A stretch of DNA of 64,000 bases from an uncultured virus (IMG/VR IMGVR_UViG_3300028393_000049). Taxonomy: Duplodnaviria > Heunggongvirae > Uroviricota > Caudoviricetes. A model generated the notes under the pieces. It was not told the origin of the DNA and searched no databases. It was given only the letters and a program-made list of their open reading frames with translations. Position numbers and translations under genes: made by a program. Shown one piece after another: positions 1-8,833 of this stretch; the first letter of the stretch is position 1, and every line of letters begins with the position of its first letter. The stretch lies in IMG/VR virus record IMGVR_UViG_3300028393_000049; one strand, written 5' to 3'.

Positions 1-137
1 ACAGCAACAAGGTTTTGCAGTCGGATACCGCACCTGCCACTTCAATGTTCGATCTAGATACCAGCAATGGTCACAATCCTAGAAGGAATTCGGATCAAAG
101 ATGTGCGATCCACACACACAAACACAGGAAATATAAT

Positions 138-389
138 ATGACTAAGACACCTTTTGAAATACGCCTAGAACTATTGAAGCTAGCTAAGGATATTATTAGC
201 GAAGACTTTTATAATACTAGGCAAGCTATTGAAACACAATATCATGTAGATATGGATAACTGGAAAAAGAACTATCAAATCGGTAGGACTGAGCCACATA
301 TTAAGTTTCCAGATATTCCATATACAGTGACACAAGAAGCAGTTGTTGCTATGGCTACAAAGCTAAATGAGTTCGTTTCAAACGGCTAA
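138..389 (+). CDS. hypothetical protein (TPFEIRLELLK type, T4-like phages)
   Basis: AGGA RBS before ATG at 138; TTG-started upstream extension unlikely. Confidence 0.7.
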   Translation: MTKTPFEIRLELLKLAKDIISEDFYNTRQAIETQYHVDMDNWKKNYQIGRTEPHIKFPDIPYTVTQEAVVAMATKLNEFVSNG

Positions 390-433
390 AACACTCATGC
401 TAAATAAATCACCTCTAAAACAGGAGAAGGTAC

Positions 434-640
434 ATGATAGTTCTTATTCTTTTACTGGTGATGGGTACATTTTATTTCTATCAGCATAAAAAACTTATGA
501 CTAATGAAATAAATATTTTGCGTTCTACAATAGAAAAGTTAGAAAGCAAGCTTGCCGATGAATTATCCTTAAACGCATCCAATGCAACTAAGGAACAAAT
601 TATTCAGAGGCTAAAAGAAGCAAAAGCTTCAAAAAAGTAA
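434..640 (+). CDS. small membrane-anchored coiled-coil protein
   Basis: N-terminal hydrophobic helix, RBS, upstream CTAAATA. Confidence 0.6.
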   Translation: MIVLILLLVMGTFYFYQHKKLMTNEINILRSTIEKLESKLADELSLNASNATKEQIIQRLKEAKASKK

Positions 641-783
641 AAAACCACTTTACAAATTGGTCAAGAGGGGTTACACTCTCTTGACTACCACTACTGAGCG
701 TCTCAGTGAAACAAACATTCGTTTGTATGTACTCTTTATTTTATTCTTTTTAATGATGGGGACGCCAAGAAAAAGGAAAGACT

Positions 784-1335
784 ATGCACGATCTACTAAG
801 GAAAAATACACTAGCGTTTGGATTTTTATTCGGCATTATAATTGGTATTTTATCTACTGCCAATGCTCACCAAAAGCAAGTTCCAATTGTTCCCGTGGTT
901 ATCGAAAAGCAAGTAATTGTTAAAGTTCCCGTGAGACTAACTAATTTCGATAAAAAACAAATTGCCTGTCTAACAGACAATATATCTTATGAATCTAATA
1001 ACCAATCCGATAAAGGTAAAGCTGCCGTAGCTCATGTTGTTTTAAATAGAATTAAAGAACGTAAGTTTGGTAACACAGCCTGTTCGGTAATCACACAAAA
1101 GAGAAATAACACTTGTCAATTCTCTTGGGTGTGTCATACTAAAGCCAAGATTGATTCGGACGATAGAATTGAAAATAAGCGCATCGCTGAAGATGTATAT
1201 CTAGGAAATACTCCTGATAACACTGGTGGTGCAACTTATTATCATGCAAAATGGATGAAAACATATCCTATGTGGTCTAATAAATTCAAAAAAACCACAA
1301 GAATAGAAAGTCATATATTCTATTCAGATTCGTAA
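784..1335 (+). CDS. SleB-like cell wall hydrolase (Hydrolase_2)
   Basis: CLxxNIx[27 protein letters not shown] motifs; N-terminal TM helix. Confidence 0.9.
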   Translation: MHDLLRKNTLAFGFLFGIIIGILSTANAHQKQVPIVPVVIEKQVIVKVPVRLTNFDKKQIACLTDNISYESNNQSDKGKAAVAHVVLNRIKERKFGNTACSVITQKRNNTCQFSWVCHTKAKIDSDDRIENKRIAEDVYLGNTPDNTGGATYYHAKWMKTYPMWSNKFKKTTRIESHIFYSDS

Positions 1336-1952
1336 AAACATTTACTTAGTGTAGTGTGCCTTTTGTAGTTTCCAGGATTAAATCCTTTTCTACAAAAGGC
1401 ACATACATTTTCTTTTTGTTTTTGACGATTGCTAAGTGCTTTTTTTTGAGATTCTGTGTTTGGTAACATAATCTGAAGTTTTCTTTTTTCTCTTATTTTT
1501 TGTTTTGTTTCTTCAGACATAGGTTTTCTAGCTGATGGATTTGAAATACCTGTTTTGGTTTTTCTAATTTTATCAACAACTTCTTTGGGTTTTGATTTTC
1601 CTAGATGAGATTTTCTTATTTTTTGTTTTGTTTCTTCAGAACAAGGATGGCGGTATAATCCTGTCTTTCCTTTATTCCACGGAATTCTTCCAACAGCAGT
1701 TTCTCCGCCATCTGTCATGTTTCTTAATATTCCAGTATTATTATCTTTTCTTCCATACCAACGAATATATCTACGTTCTAATGCGAGAGCGCCAAGTTCC
1801 GACAAATTGCTTTCCATTATTACAATACGTTCTTTTTTTGTAGGAAGATTTACTCTATGATTACTAGAATATGCTCTTTTATGCTTACCCTTACCAATAT
1901 AGTAAGGTGTGTTATCTTTTCTAAGATAAGCATAAACGTAATAAATAAACAT
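1320..1952 (-). CDS. GIY-YIG-like free-standing endonuclease with NUMOD3 repeats
   Basis: YVYAY...[14 protein letters not shown], repeated [10 protein letters not shown]-terminal CxxC. Confidence 0.85.
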   Translation of the reverse strand: MFIYYVYAYLRKDNTPYYIGKGKHKRAYSSNHRVNLPTKKERIVIMESNLSELGALALERRYIRWYGRKDNNTGILRNMTDGGETAVGRIPWNKGKTGLYRHPCSEETKQKIRKSHLGKSKPKEVVDKIRKTKTGISNPSARKPMSEETKQKIREKRKLQIMLPNTESQKKALSNRQKQKENVCAFCRKGFNPGNYKRHTTLSKCFYESE

Positions 1953-2072
1953 AGCTGATACTCCTTGAAAGTGTTAGAGTAGATGGGATTCTGGGGAGTC
2001 TCCGCGATCTACAATTATATTTAGAAAACAGCAAACCCCAACAGCACACATTTTTTACAGAGGCTAAAGTGA

Positions 2073-2300
2073 ATGATTAATATTAGGTCAGAAGATACGT
2101 TCTATGAGCAAGTTGAGGATTTAGTCTGGCAACATGATATTAACTATATTGATGCTATTGTTATGTTCTGTGAAACTAATAACTTAGAAATCGAAAGCGT
2201 TGCTAGTCTTATTCTAAGAAACGAAAATCTTAAGAGTAAGCTAGCAGATGATGCTGAAATCTTGAATTACTTGCCCAAGACCAGCAAACTTCCCATCTAA
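2073..2300 (+). CDS. gp33: late transcription coactivator gp33
   Basis: YIDAIV.FCE.NNLEIE..A motif; directly before gp59. Confidence 0.85.
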   Translation: MINIRSEDTFYEQVEDLVWQHDINYIDAIVMFCETNNLEIESVASLILRNENLKSKLADDAEILNYLPKTSKLPI

Positions 2301-2881
2301 TGGACGCTTTTGATTGCTATGTTTGTTACCTAGCTATGAAGCGGCATTTCTCAGATACAGAATACGACTTCATAAAATATCGTGGAAAAGTGAAGGCATC
2401 CAGATCATCTTTTCAAAATAGAAGAGATATGTTTATGTTTGAAAAACTAGTAAAACATAAACACGTTCATCAATATCTGTTGGCTAACTTTGTCAAGAGA
2501 GGACCAAAGGTATACGTTTCTGATTTGGTCCAAGACCAAGAAAGTCAGCGTATATATATTGAGTGGAAAAGACGACAAGAATCATTGTCTAGATCATATA
2601 AGAATGAGTTAGAGCATCTAATAGAACCTTTTGATGATAACTTTAAAAGTAAGGATGGCAAACATCCACACCTATTGAAGGTGTACTTTGCAGGTAAAAT
2701 ATCATTAGAAACATTAATTATATTGAATAATATGCTTGACTTTTTTCCTAGATGGTGTAAATATATGAGGGGCGACCCAATATGGGAAGAACTGTGGTTT
2801 AAATGCGTAAAGTATGAACCATTCTTACAGTACGACAAACAGAAAATGAAAAAGATAACACTAGATAGTGTTTATGAATGA
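2300..2881 (+). CDS. gp59: helicase loader gp59
   Basis: YLAMKRHF...YDFIKYRGKV, ISLETLIIL. Confidence 0.9.
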   Translation: MDAFDCYVCYLAMKRHFSDTEYDFIKYRGKVKASRSSFQNRRDMFMFEKLVKHKHVHQYLLANFVKRGPKVYVSDLVQDQESQRIYIEWKRRQESLSRSYKNELEHLIEPFDDNFKSKDGKHPHLLKVYFAGKISLETLIILNNMLDFFPRWCKYMRGDPIWEELWFKCVKYEPFLQYDKQKMKKITLDSVYE

Positions 2882-2894
2882 AAGAGGATTAAGT

Positions 2895-3812
2895 ATGGTT
2901 GAGATTACGTTTAATACAAACCCACAACAAAAACAAAGTTTTACCCCCATGACTATTCCAGCTCCAATCTTTCCAGATTTTAATTATAATTCGTTAAATT
3001 CTGAAAAAATGGCAAATGCAAAACGAATTAATAATGAAACATTTTGGCCAGTTATGCGAGAAGTTTTTGCACACGACTTTAATACATTGCCTCTTGAGCG
3101 ATTTAAAGTTTGGGCATCTACGATGACTGTTCCTTTTATGGCTGGAGGCGACTTCAAACAATATGTGGATATTGCTAATCAAATCATTGATTCTGGAGAT
3201 GAATTATACATTAATGCATTACTAGAACCAATGATTGGTCTTACAGAAGAAGACTTTAAACTATACTCCTCTTCTGATAGAATTAAGACAACCCTGAATC
3301 GTATGATGAATATTGCACATCTGGTTATTTGTAATATTACTTCTGATGATCTTAGTAAGATGAATACCATTGTTGAACTTGGCGGTGGTATTGGTGAGAT
3401 GGCAGATGTCGTTTACAAGCTAGGGTTTAAAGGAAAATATATTCTTTATGATTTTCCAGAAATCGGAAATATTCAAAAATGGTTTCATGATCAATTAGGT
3501 CATACAAACATTCTCCACACGTCAAATATTGATGATTTGATTGATGCTGATCTTTGTATCGCTACTTGGTCTTTCACTGAAATGCCGTTGTCTTTACGGA
3601 ATGAACTCATGGAAAAAATTGGTAAGACAAAGAATTGGTTGATTGCATATAGTAATTATATTTTCTCTATTGATAATAATGATTATATCAAGAATACTTT
3701 TGCTCCTCAATTTACAAATCATGAGTTCACATACATCGATGTTCCTTTCATGCCTTGGAACGATGGAACATTTTATCTAACTGTCAAACAAAAAACAACT
3801 GGAGAAATTTAA
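2895..3812 (+). CDS. SAM-dependent methyltransferase (sugar O-methyltransferase-like)
   Basis: IVELGGGIG motif I, YILYD, IATWSFTEMP; GAGG RBS before 2895. Confidence 0.65.
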   Translation: MVEITFNTNPQQKQSFTPMTIPAPIFPDFNYNSLNSEKMANAKRINNETFWPVMREVFAHDFNTLPLERFKVWASTMTVPFMAGGDFKQYVDIANQIIDSGDELYINALLEPMIGLTEEDFKLYSSSDRIKTTLNRMMNIAHLVICNITSDDLSKMNTIVELGGGIGEMADVVYKLGFKGKYILYDFPEIGNIQKWFHDQLGHTNILHTSNIDDLIDADLCIATWSFTEMPLSLRNELMEKIGKTKNWLIAYSNYIFSIDNNDYIKNTFAPQFTNHEFTYIDVPFMPWNDGTFYLTVKQKTTGEI

Positions 3813-3814
3813 TA

Positions 3815-4426
3815 ATGGTTAAGTATTACGCAGAACAAGAAGTGGCATATGAAAGTCACGATCACATTGACCCAAAGGGAACAATGGCGGATAATTTACA
3901 TAGTCCAGGCTTTGCAGATAAGATTGTCTCTCTCTTAGGGAAAGACATGAATTATTGCGACCTTGGTACTGCTGGCGGCGGAATTGTTAAGGATTTCGTT
4001 GATCGTGGAATTGTTAATGCTTATGGTATTGACGGGTCTGACTATTCAAAGAAGATAAGTCGGGCTGAGTGGGCAACTATTCCCAACAATCTGTTTACTG
4101 GTAATATCTGTAAGACATTTAATTTTAAGGATGATGCAGATGAACTAATTAAGTTTGATCTAATCACTTCTTTCGATGTTCTTGAACATATTCACGAAAA
4201 AGATTTGACAGGTCTTATTGAAAACCTTCATAACAATCTAAAGGTTGGCGGATACTTCTTGTCGTCTATTGCTGAATTTGAAGATGAAGGATATCATGTT
4301 ACCCTAAAGCCTGAGCAGTGGTGGGTTGATTTGTTTGAAAGTAACGGATTTGTTCGTGATGAAATCATTCAATCTTATCAATATGCTCGATCAAGCAGCT
4401 TTAACATTACTTTTAGGAAGCTCTAG
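3815..4426 (+). CDS. class I SAM-dependent methyltransferase
   Basis: DLGTAGG, GIDGS, FDLITSFDVLEHI. Confidence 0.8.
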   Translation: MVKYYAEQEVAYESHDHIDPKGTMADNLHSPGFADKIVSLLGKDMNYCDLGTAGGGIVKDFVDRGIVNAYGIDGSDYSKKISRAEWATIPNNLFTGNICKTFNFKDDADELIKFDLITSFDVLEHIHEKDLTGLIENLHNNLKVGGYFLSSIAEFEDEGYHVTLKPEQWWVDLFESNGFVRDEIIQSYQYARSSSFNITFRKL

Positions 4427-4440
4427 TTTATATTCACTTA

Positions 4441-4448
4441 TATAAATA
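4441..4448 (+). promoter_or_regulatory. T4-type late promoter TATAAATA
   Basis: exact consensus upstream of the 4487 ORF. Confidence 0.75.
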
Positions 4449-4486
4449 ATATAACATTCTTGAGACAAATAAAGGTTATATTATAG

Positions 4487-5311
4487 ATGGATGAGAAAGA
4501 ACAAAAACTTCTTAAGGGGTTATCAAAACTATTAGGTAATCCTGAAGTTTCTGAATCCGTCATTAATGAAATCGAAGCTAACGCTAAAAAGCGTGAAAAA
4601 GAAAAGAAGATATTAGAAGGGTTAGAAAAAGCCCTTTTAAATATCAATGCACCAAAAAACAAAACTGAAGTTATAGAAGTAGTAGAAGTAGAAACAATTG
4701 AGATTGTTGAAACTCCTGCTCCTTTTATAGCTCCAGTTATTGTTGAATCTAAGTTCACTGATATAGCTATTGATAATTCTAAAAAAGTAACTGAGCCTAC
4801 TTTTTCTGCCGTCGAAAGACAACCAGAACTTCCAGAAAAAGATTTTGTTACTAAGTCGGTAGAAGCTATAAGCAAAGAAACCGAAAACAAACCAAAAAAA
4901 CAAAAAGTACAAGATGAAATACCAGCATCTTTCAGAAGAGAAATGGACTTATTAAAAAAGTCTGTTATGGATTTGCATTCTTTTGCGTCCAGAACTTCAC
5001 AAATGGCTGGTGGTGGCGGTGCTGGTTCCGTTGAAGAACTAGATTTTAGAACCATTCTTGTAACAACAGATTACACTGCAAATAACAAAGATTATTATAT
5101 CGGCGTGAATTGCTCAACTGCTTGCACCATAACTTTACCAAAAAATAAGAAGAATGGCAGACACCTTGTTGTAAAAGACGAGAGTGGGCTGTGTTCTATA
5201 AATAATATAACAGTTGTTGGTAGCAGCATCGATAATGACACAACAGCAGTGATGGGCATAAACAATATGGCATTACACTTTGTGTATAGAAATGGTTGGA
5301 GAATTATATAA
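4487..5311 (+). CDS. putative virion structural protein
   Basis: late promoter; GGGGAG linker then TITLP...VVKDESG beta domain typical of phage fibre/structural proteins. Confidence 0.5.
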   Translation: MDEKEQKLLKGLSKLLGNPEVSESVINEIEANAKKREKEKKILEGLEKALLNINAPKNKTEVIEVVEVETIEIVETPAPFIAPVIVESKFTDIAIDNSKKVTEPTFSAVERQPELPEKDFVTKSVEAISKETENKPKKQKVQDEIPASFRREMDLLKKSVMDLHSFASRTSQMAGGGGAGSVEELDFRTILVTTDYTANNKDYYIGVNCSTACTITLPKNKKNGRHLVVKDESGLCSINNITVVGSSIDNDTTAVMGINNMALHFVYRNGWRII

Positions 5312-5907
5312 TGTCTTATTTGTATAGCAACGCTGTATCAATCAATAATAGTAACAATTCACCTATTACTAATACTGCTCCGTTACCTGTTACTGGTACA
5401 ATTATTACTACAGATCAAGTTGGCGATTTATATTCTTTTAACAACCATGCAACAAACACAAATCGTGGTTGGACTATGGACGATACTATGCGTCCTGTTG
5501 TTAGTTTTAAAAATGGTAGTCCCAATCTCGCAGATTTAATTAAAATTGTCGAATATGAAATCGGTAATAATAATGCAAGTGCAAGTACAATTATATACGA
5601 ATGGTATGAAGGTGATATAACAATCTCAGGTGCTGCCGTACCTGCTTGGACTACGTTTGGTGTTCACAGTCAATATCGTGTATATCAAGACAAATATTCT
5701 TCTAATGCAGGAAATACATTTACTCCGAATGGAGCAATAATGAGACATAGCGGTATTATAATTGGTAAAAATGCCGCTGCGGATGAAGCTCCTGCATCAA
5801 TGCATGGCGGAGGAACTCCAAATATGCTTACTTTGTGTATGAGACGAGTTGATAATTCTACTAAATTAGATGTGTGGTTTGCCTTTACTATTAAAGAGCT
5901 AATATAG
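5311..5907 (+). CDS. hypothetical beta-rich protein, possibly structural
   Basis: TAATG coupling to upstream late gene. Confidence 0.55.
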   Translation: MSYLYSNAVSINNSNNSPITNTAPLPVTGTIITTDQVGDLYSFNNHATNTNRGWTMDDTMRPVVSFKNGSPNLADLIKIVEYEIGNNNASASTIIYEWYEGDITISGAAVPAWTTFGVHSQYRVYQDKYSSNAGNTFTPNGAIMRHSGIIIGKNAAADEAPASMHGGGTPNMLTLCMRRVDNSTKLDVWFAFTIKELI

Positions 5908-6001
5908 TAAAAAAGTGCTTGACTTTAGCATTTTGTCGTGTTATAGTCTGATCATGGTGATATCACCATATAATAATATTAACAATAAAAGGTAATACAA
6001 T

Positions 6002-6571
6002 ATGAAGAATACACTATTGGCTCTAACTGCCGTTTCTGCTCTAGCAATTGCTGCTCCTGTAATGGCTGCTTCAGTCACTTCTGAAGTTCGTTTTGGTGAT
6101 GTTAGTGGTAATACTACTGATTCTCGTGAATATAAGCTAGAGTATTCTGCTCCTGCTCCGATCTTCACAAAGCTTAATCTTGCTACAGAGCTTACTGTAA
6201 AGCAAGGCGAACATGAAGGTGCAATTACTTCGAAGCTCGCTTCACGTCTAGAAACTCCTACGATTAACGTGTTCGGTGTTGTTCCAGTTGCTTACGGTGA
6301 ATTCGGTAGCTCTTTCAAGCAAGGCAACAATTTTAACTTTGTCGGTGCTGGTGTTAAGGCAAGCAAGCAAATTGCTGGTCCTCTATCTGCAACAGTAGGC
6401 TATCGCCATCGTCAAGGTCTAGAGACAACTCGTGATCTTAATGAAGATCGTCTAAATGCTGGTCTAACTTATGCTGTTAATAAGGATTTCGGTCTCGGCG
6501 TTCAGTATTATCGTACCACTGGTGCGGTTGACTTTGACCAAGTTGGTCTACAGCTAGTCCGCAAGTTTTAA
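6002..6571 (+). CDS. outer-membrane beta-barrel (porin-like) protein
   Basis: Sec signal peptide, alternating amphipathic strands, C-terminal Phe (LQLVRKF); TTGACT-N17-TATAGT promoter near 5919. Confidence 0.75.
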   Translation: MKNTLLALTAVSALAIAAPVMAASVTSEVRFGDVSGNTTDSREYKLEYSAPAPIFTKLNLATELTVKQGEHEGAITSKLASRLETPTINVFGVVPVAYGEFGSSFKQGNNFNFVGAGVKASKQIAGPLSATVGYRHRQGLETTRDLNEDRLNAGLTYAVNKDFGLGVQYYRTTGAVDFDQVGLQLVRKF

Positions 6572-6662
6572 ATAATTCGGCTTCGGCTGAATTGGCGAGG
6601 GTGGCAACACCTCAGATACCCCTTGGCGAAAGTCAAGGGGTATTCTAAAGAAAGAAAATACT

Positions 6663-7112
6663 GTGAAGTTTGAATTCTACATGAAACGTGGTTCAATTAA
6701 TTTGGATGACATTTTTGAAGTAAGTACACGATATGCTATCGGTACTGCCATCAAATTATCTAAAGCAGGATTACATGAGAATGCCGTAAAGGCTTTGCCT
6801 GAATTGGAATTTGAATGGATTTGGTCTAATTGTGATAAAGGCAGTTCTGATATTTTTGTAAATAATGAAGACTTCACGATTAAACTAACACCAGAAAATT
6901 CTACAGTTCGATGTGGTGCTGTTGATGACTATTTCTTACTTACATTATCAGTTATGTTTGATATGGAAGTTAAAGAAGGCGTAACAGAAGAAGAAGTAGA
7001 ACACTTTATAAATGAACAAGGTGGATTATACTGCGCTTATGTTGGGGGCGGTTGGTCTTATCTAGAAGACGATGGAATATCTTTACATGTCTTAACAGAC
7101 GATACTATATAA
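6663..7112 (+). CDS. acidic hypothetical protein
   Basis: 149-aa ORF in strand-consistent cluster. Confidence 0.55.
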   Translation: MKFEFYMKRGSINLDDIFEVSTRYAIGTAIKLSKAGLHENAVKALPELEFEWIWSNCDKGSSDIFVNNEDFTIKLTPENSTVRCGAVDDYFLLTLSVMFDMEVKEGVTEEEVEHFINEQGGLYCAYVGGGWSYLEDDGISLHVLTDDTI

Positions 7113-7226
7113 AAGGAAAGAAAATGAAGACTGAAACATTCTTAAAAGTTGCTATTCCTGCAATTTTGTGTTATATTGCAATTCTAGTAACTGTTGTAGT
7201 AGTAGCCGTTCTAGGTTAAGTTTTGA

Positions 7227-7299
7227 TGGATAGTAGCTCAGTTGGTAGAGCGTAGAGCTGTTAACTCTAATGTCGTAGGTTCGAACCCTACCTGTCCAG
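7227..7299 (+). tRNA. tRNA-Asn(GTT)
   Basis: cloverleaf TGGATAG/CTGTCCA, anticodon loop CTGTTAA, GGTTCGAA; CCA not encoded. Confidence 0.92.
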
Positions 7300-7362
7300 C
7301 ATCAGTTCCCGAATATTATAAATAAGCATAGGTAAGACTTATTGAATATTCGGGAACTTTAA

Positions 7363-8034
7363 ATGCACTATACAATTTATAAAATAACTAACAAAATTAA
7401 TAACAAATTTTATATCGGAAAACATAAAACTGATAACTTAGACGACGATTATATGGGGTCAGGTAAATATCTATTACATTCCATAAAAAAATATGGTGTA
7501 GATAATTTTGTAAAAGAGATATTGTTTGTTTTTGATAAAGAATCTGAGATGAATGCTAAAGAAAAAGAATTAGTATCGAAAGAATTTTGTTTACGAGAAG
7601 ATACCTATAATATTTGTGAAGGTGGTCAAGGTGGATTTAGTTATATAAATGAAAATAAACTAAATTTTGGCGATTCTCATAAACAAAGTTCTTTAGAAAG
7701 TTTAAAAAAAGGCAGAAATACTCGATCAAAAAAGTTACTTGATGATTCAGTTTATCGCCAAGAACAAATAAATTTGATGAGCGAAAGTAAAAAAAGATAT
7801 TATTCGACACATGATGGGGCATTTACGGGCAAAACTCATAGCGAAGAAACTAAGAAAAAAATTGGTGCAATAACATCATCTGCTCAATCTGGTAGTGGTA
7901 ATTCTCAATATGGTTCTAAATGGATAACTGATGGAACTAATAATAAAAAAATAAAATTGTCGGAAGAAATCCCACATGGATGGAACCGAGGTCGAGCTAA
8001 TTGTGCTTTTTTAAAAAGCCTTATAGTCTCATAA
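7363..8034 (+). CDS. Seg-like GIY-YIG homing endonuclease
   Basis: TIYKITNKIN.KFYIGKH, YMGSG, YN...GG, HSEETKKKI, WITDG; next to a tRNA like T4 segB. Confidence 0.9.
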   Translation: MHYTIYKITNKINNKFYIGKHKTDNLDDDYMGSGKYLLHSIKKYGVDNFVKEILFVFDKESEMNAKEKELVSKEFCLREDTYNICEGGQGGFSYINENKLNFGDSHKQSSLESLKKGRNTRSKKLLDDSVYRQEQINLMSESKKRYYSTHDGAFTGKTHSEETKKKIGAITSSAQSGSGNSQYGSKWITDGTNNKKIKLSEEIPHGWNRGRANCAFLKSLIVS

Positions 8035-8057
8035 ATAACAATAAAAAGGATTGAATT

Positions 8058-8282
8058 ATGTTATCTTTTAAAGAGTTTATTGTCGAGAAAAGACCCGTTA
8101 TATCAACAGATGGTCCTGACCTTAGACGAAGGCTGTCTAGAGATGGTTGGGTTTCCAGTGGTGGAACAAACCACGAAAAGTTTAAACATCCAGATAAGCC
8201 AACTCCAATTCTTCTCCCATATCATAGAGATATTAGTATTGGTGTTGCTCGACAGGCACATAAGATTGCTGGATATATCTAA
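8058..8282 (+). CDS. HicA-family RNase domain with capsid-targeting-like N-terminus
   Basis: L..DGW....GGTNHEKFKHP...ILLPYH.DISIGV pattern; MLSFKEFIVE start; CATAAATA at 8030. Confidence 0.75.
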   Translation: MLSFKEFIVEKRPVISTDGPDLRRRLSRDGWVSSGGTNHEKFKHPDKPTPILLPYHRDISIGVARQAHKIAGYI

Positions 8283-8333
8283 ATTAATACTTGACATTCG
8301 TTCACAGAGATACTTGGATAAAAAAGAAATTAA

Positions 8334-8409
8334 ATGCGAGTAGTTCAATTGGTAGAACCTTCTGCTCATAACAGAACAGTTATCGGTTCGAACCCGGTCT
8401 CGCATACCA
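8334..8409 (+). tRNA. tRNA with CAT anticodon (elongator Met or Ile2)
   Basis: ATGCGAG/CTCGCAT acceptor, loop CTCATAA, encoded CCA. Confidence 0.88.
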
Positions 8410-8445
8410 AGTCCTGTCTCGCGTACCAACATCAAAGGATATATA

Positions 8446-8616
8446 ATGCTCAGTAGCGTAGACTTTCAAATCAGTACCGTTTTTGTTAATGAAATCAATA
8501 ATATAAAAACAGTATTGAAATATAATAATGTTTCTGAAAAGAAATCTATTGAAATGCTAGCTGCTAAACATTACCTTGAAGAACGACTAATCGAAATCAA
8601 AAATAAAGATAAGTGA
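8446..8616 (+). CDS. small hypothetical protein
   Basis: AAGGA RBS, 56-aa ORF read manually. Confidence 0.5.
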   Translation: MLSSVDFQISTVFVNEINNIKTVLKYNNVSEKKSIEMLAAKHYLEERLIEIKNKDK

Positions 8617-8831
8617 GAAATAAAATGAAATATGGTGAACTTGTTAATGCAATCGGACTTATCGTATTGTTTGTCCTATTAGCTATTATTAGTCCAATAT
8701 TAACTATTTGGGCTTGGAATACTTTGTTTGGTGCATACGTTGCTGTCGAACTTACTTGGAAGACTTGGTGTGCTGTTATTCTTTTAGGCGCGTTCTTTAA
8801 GACTACGATACAGCGAAAGAAAGCAGAATAG
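8613..8831 (+). CDS. small membrane protein
   Basis: two hydrophobic segments, IWAWNTLF. Confidence 0.6.
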   Translation: MRNKMKYGELVNAIGLIVLFVLLAIISPILTIWAWNTLFGAYVAVELTWKTWCAVILLGAFFKTTIQRKKAE

Positions 8832-8833
8832 AG

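Noticed and set aside
683..730. Hammerhead ribozyme (stem, GAAAC...GUA)
   Set aside because: Required CUGANGA core is absent
4438..5055. Long antisense ORFs (also 38263-38661, 46721-47122 and similar)
   Set aside because: Shadows of well-supported genes on the opposite strand
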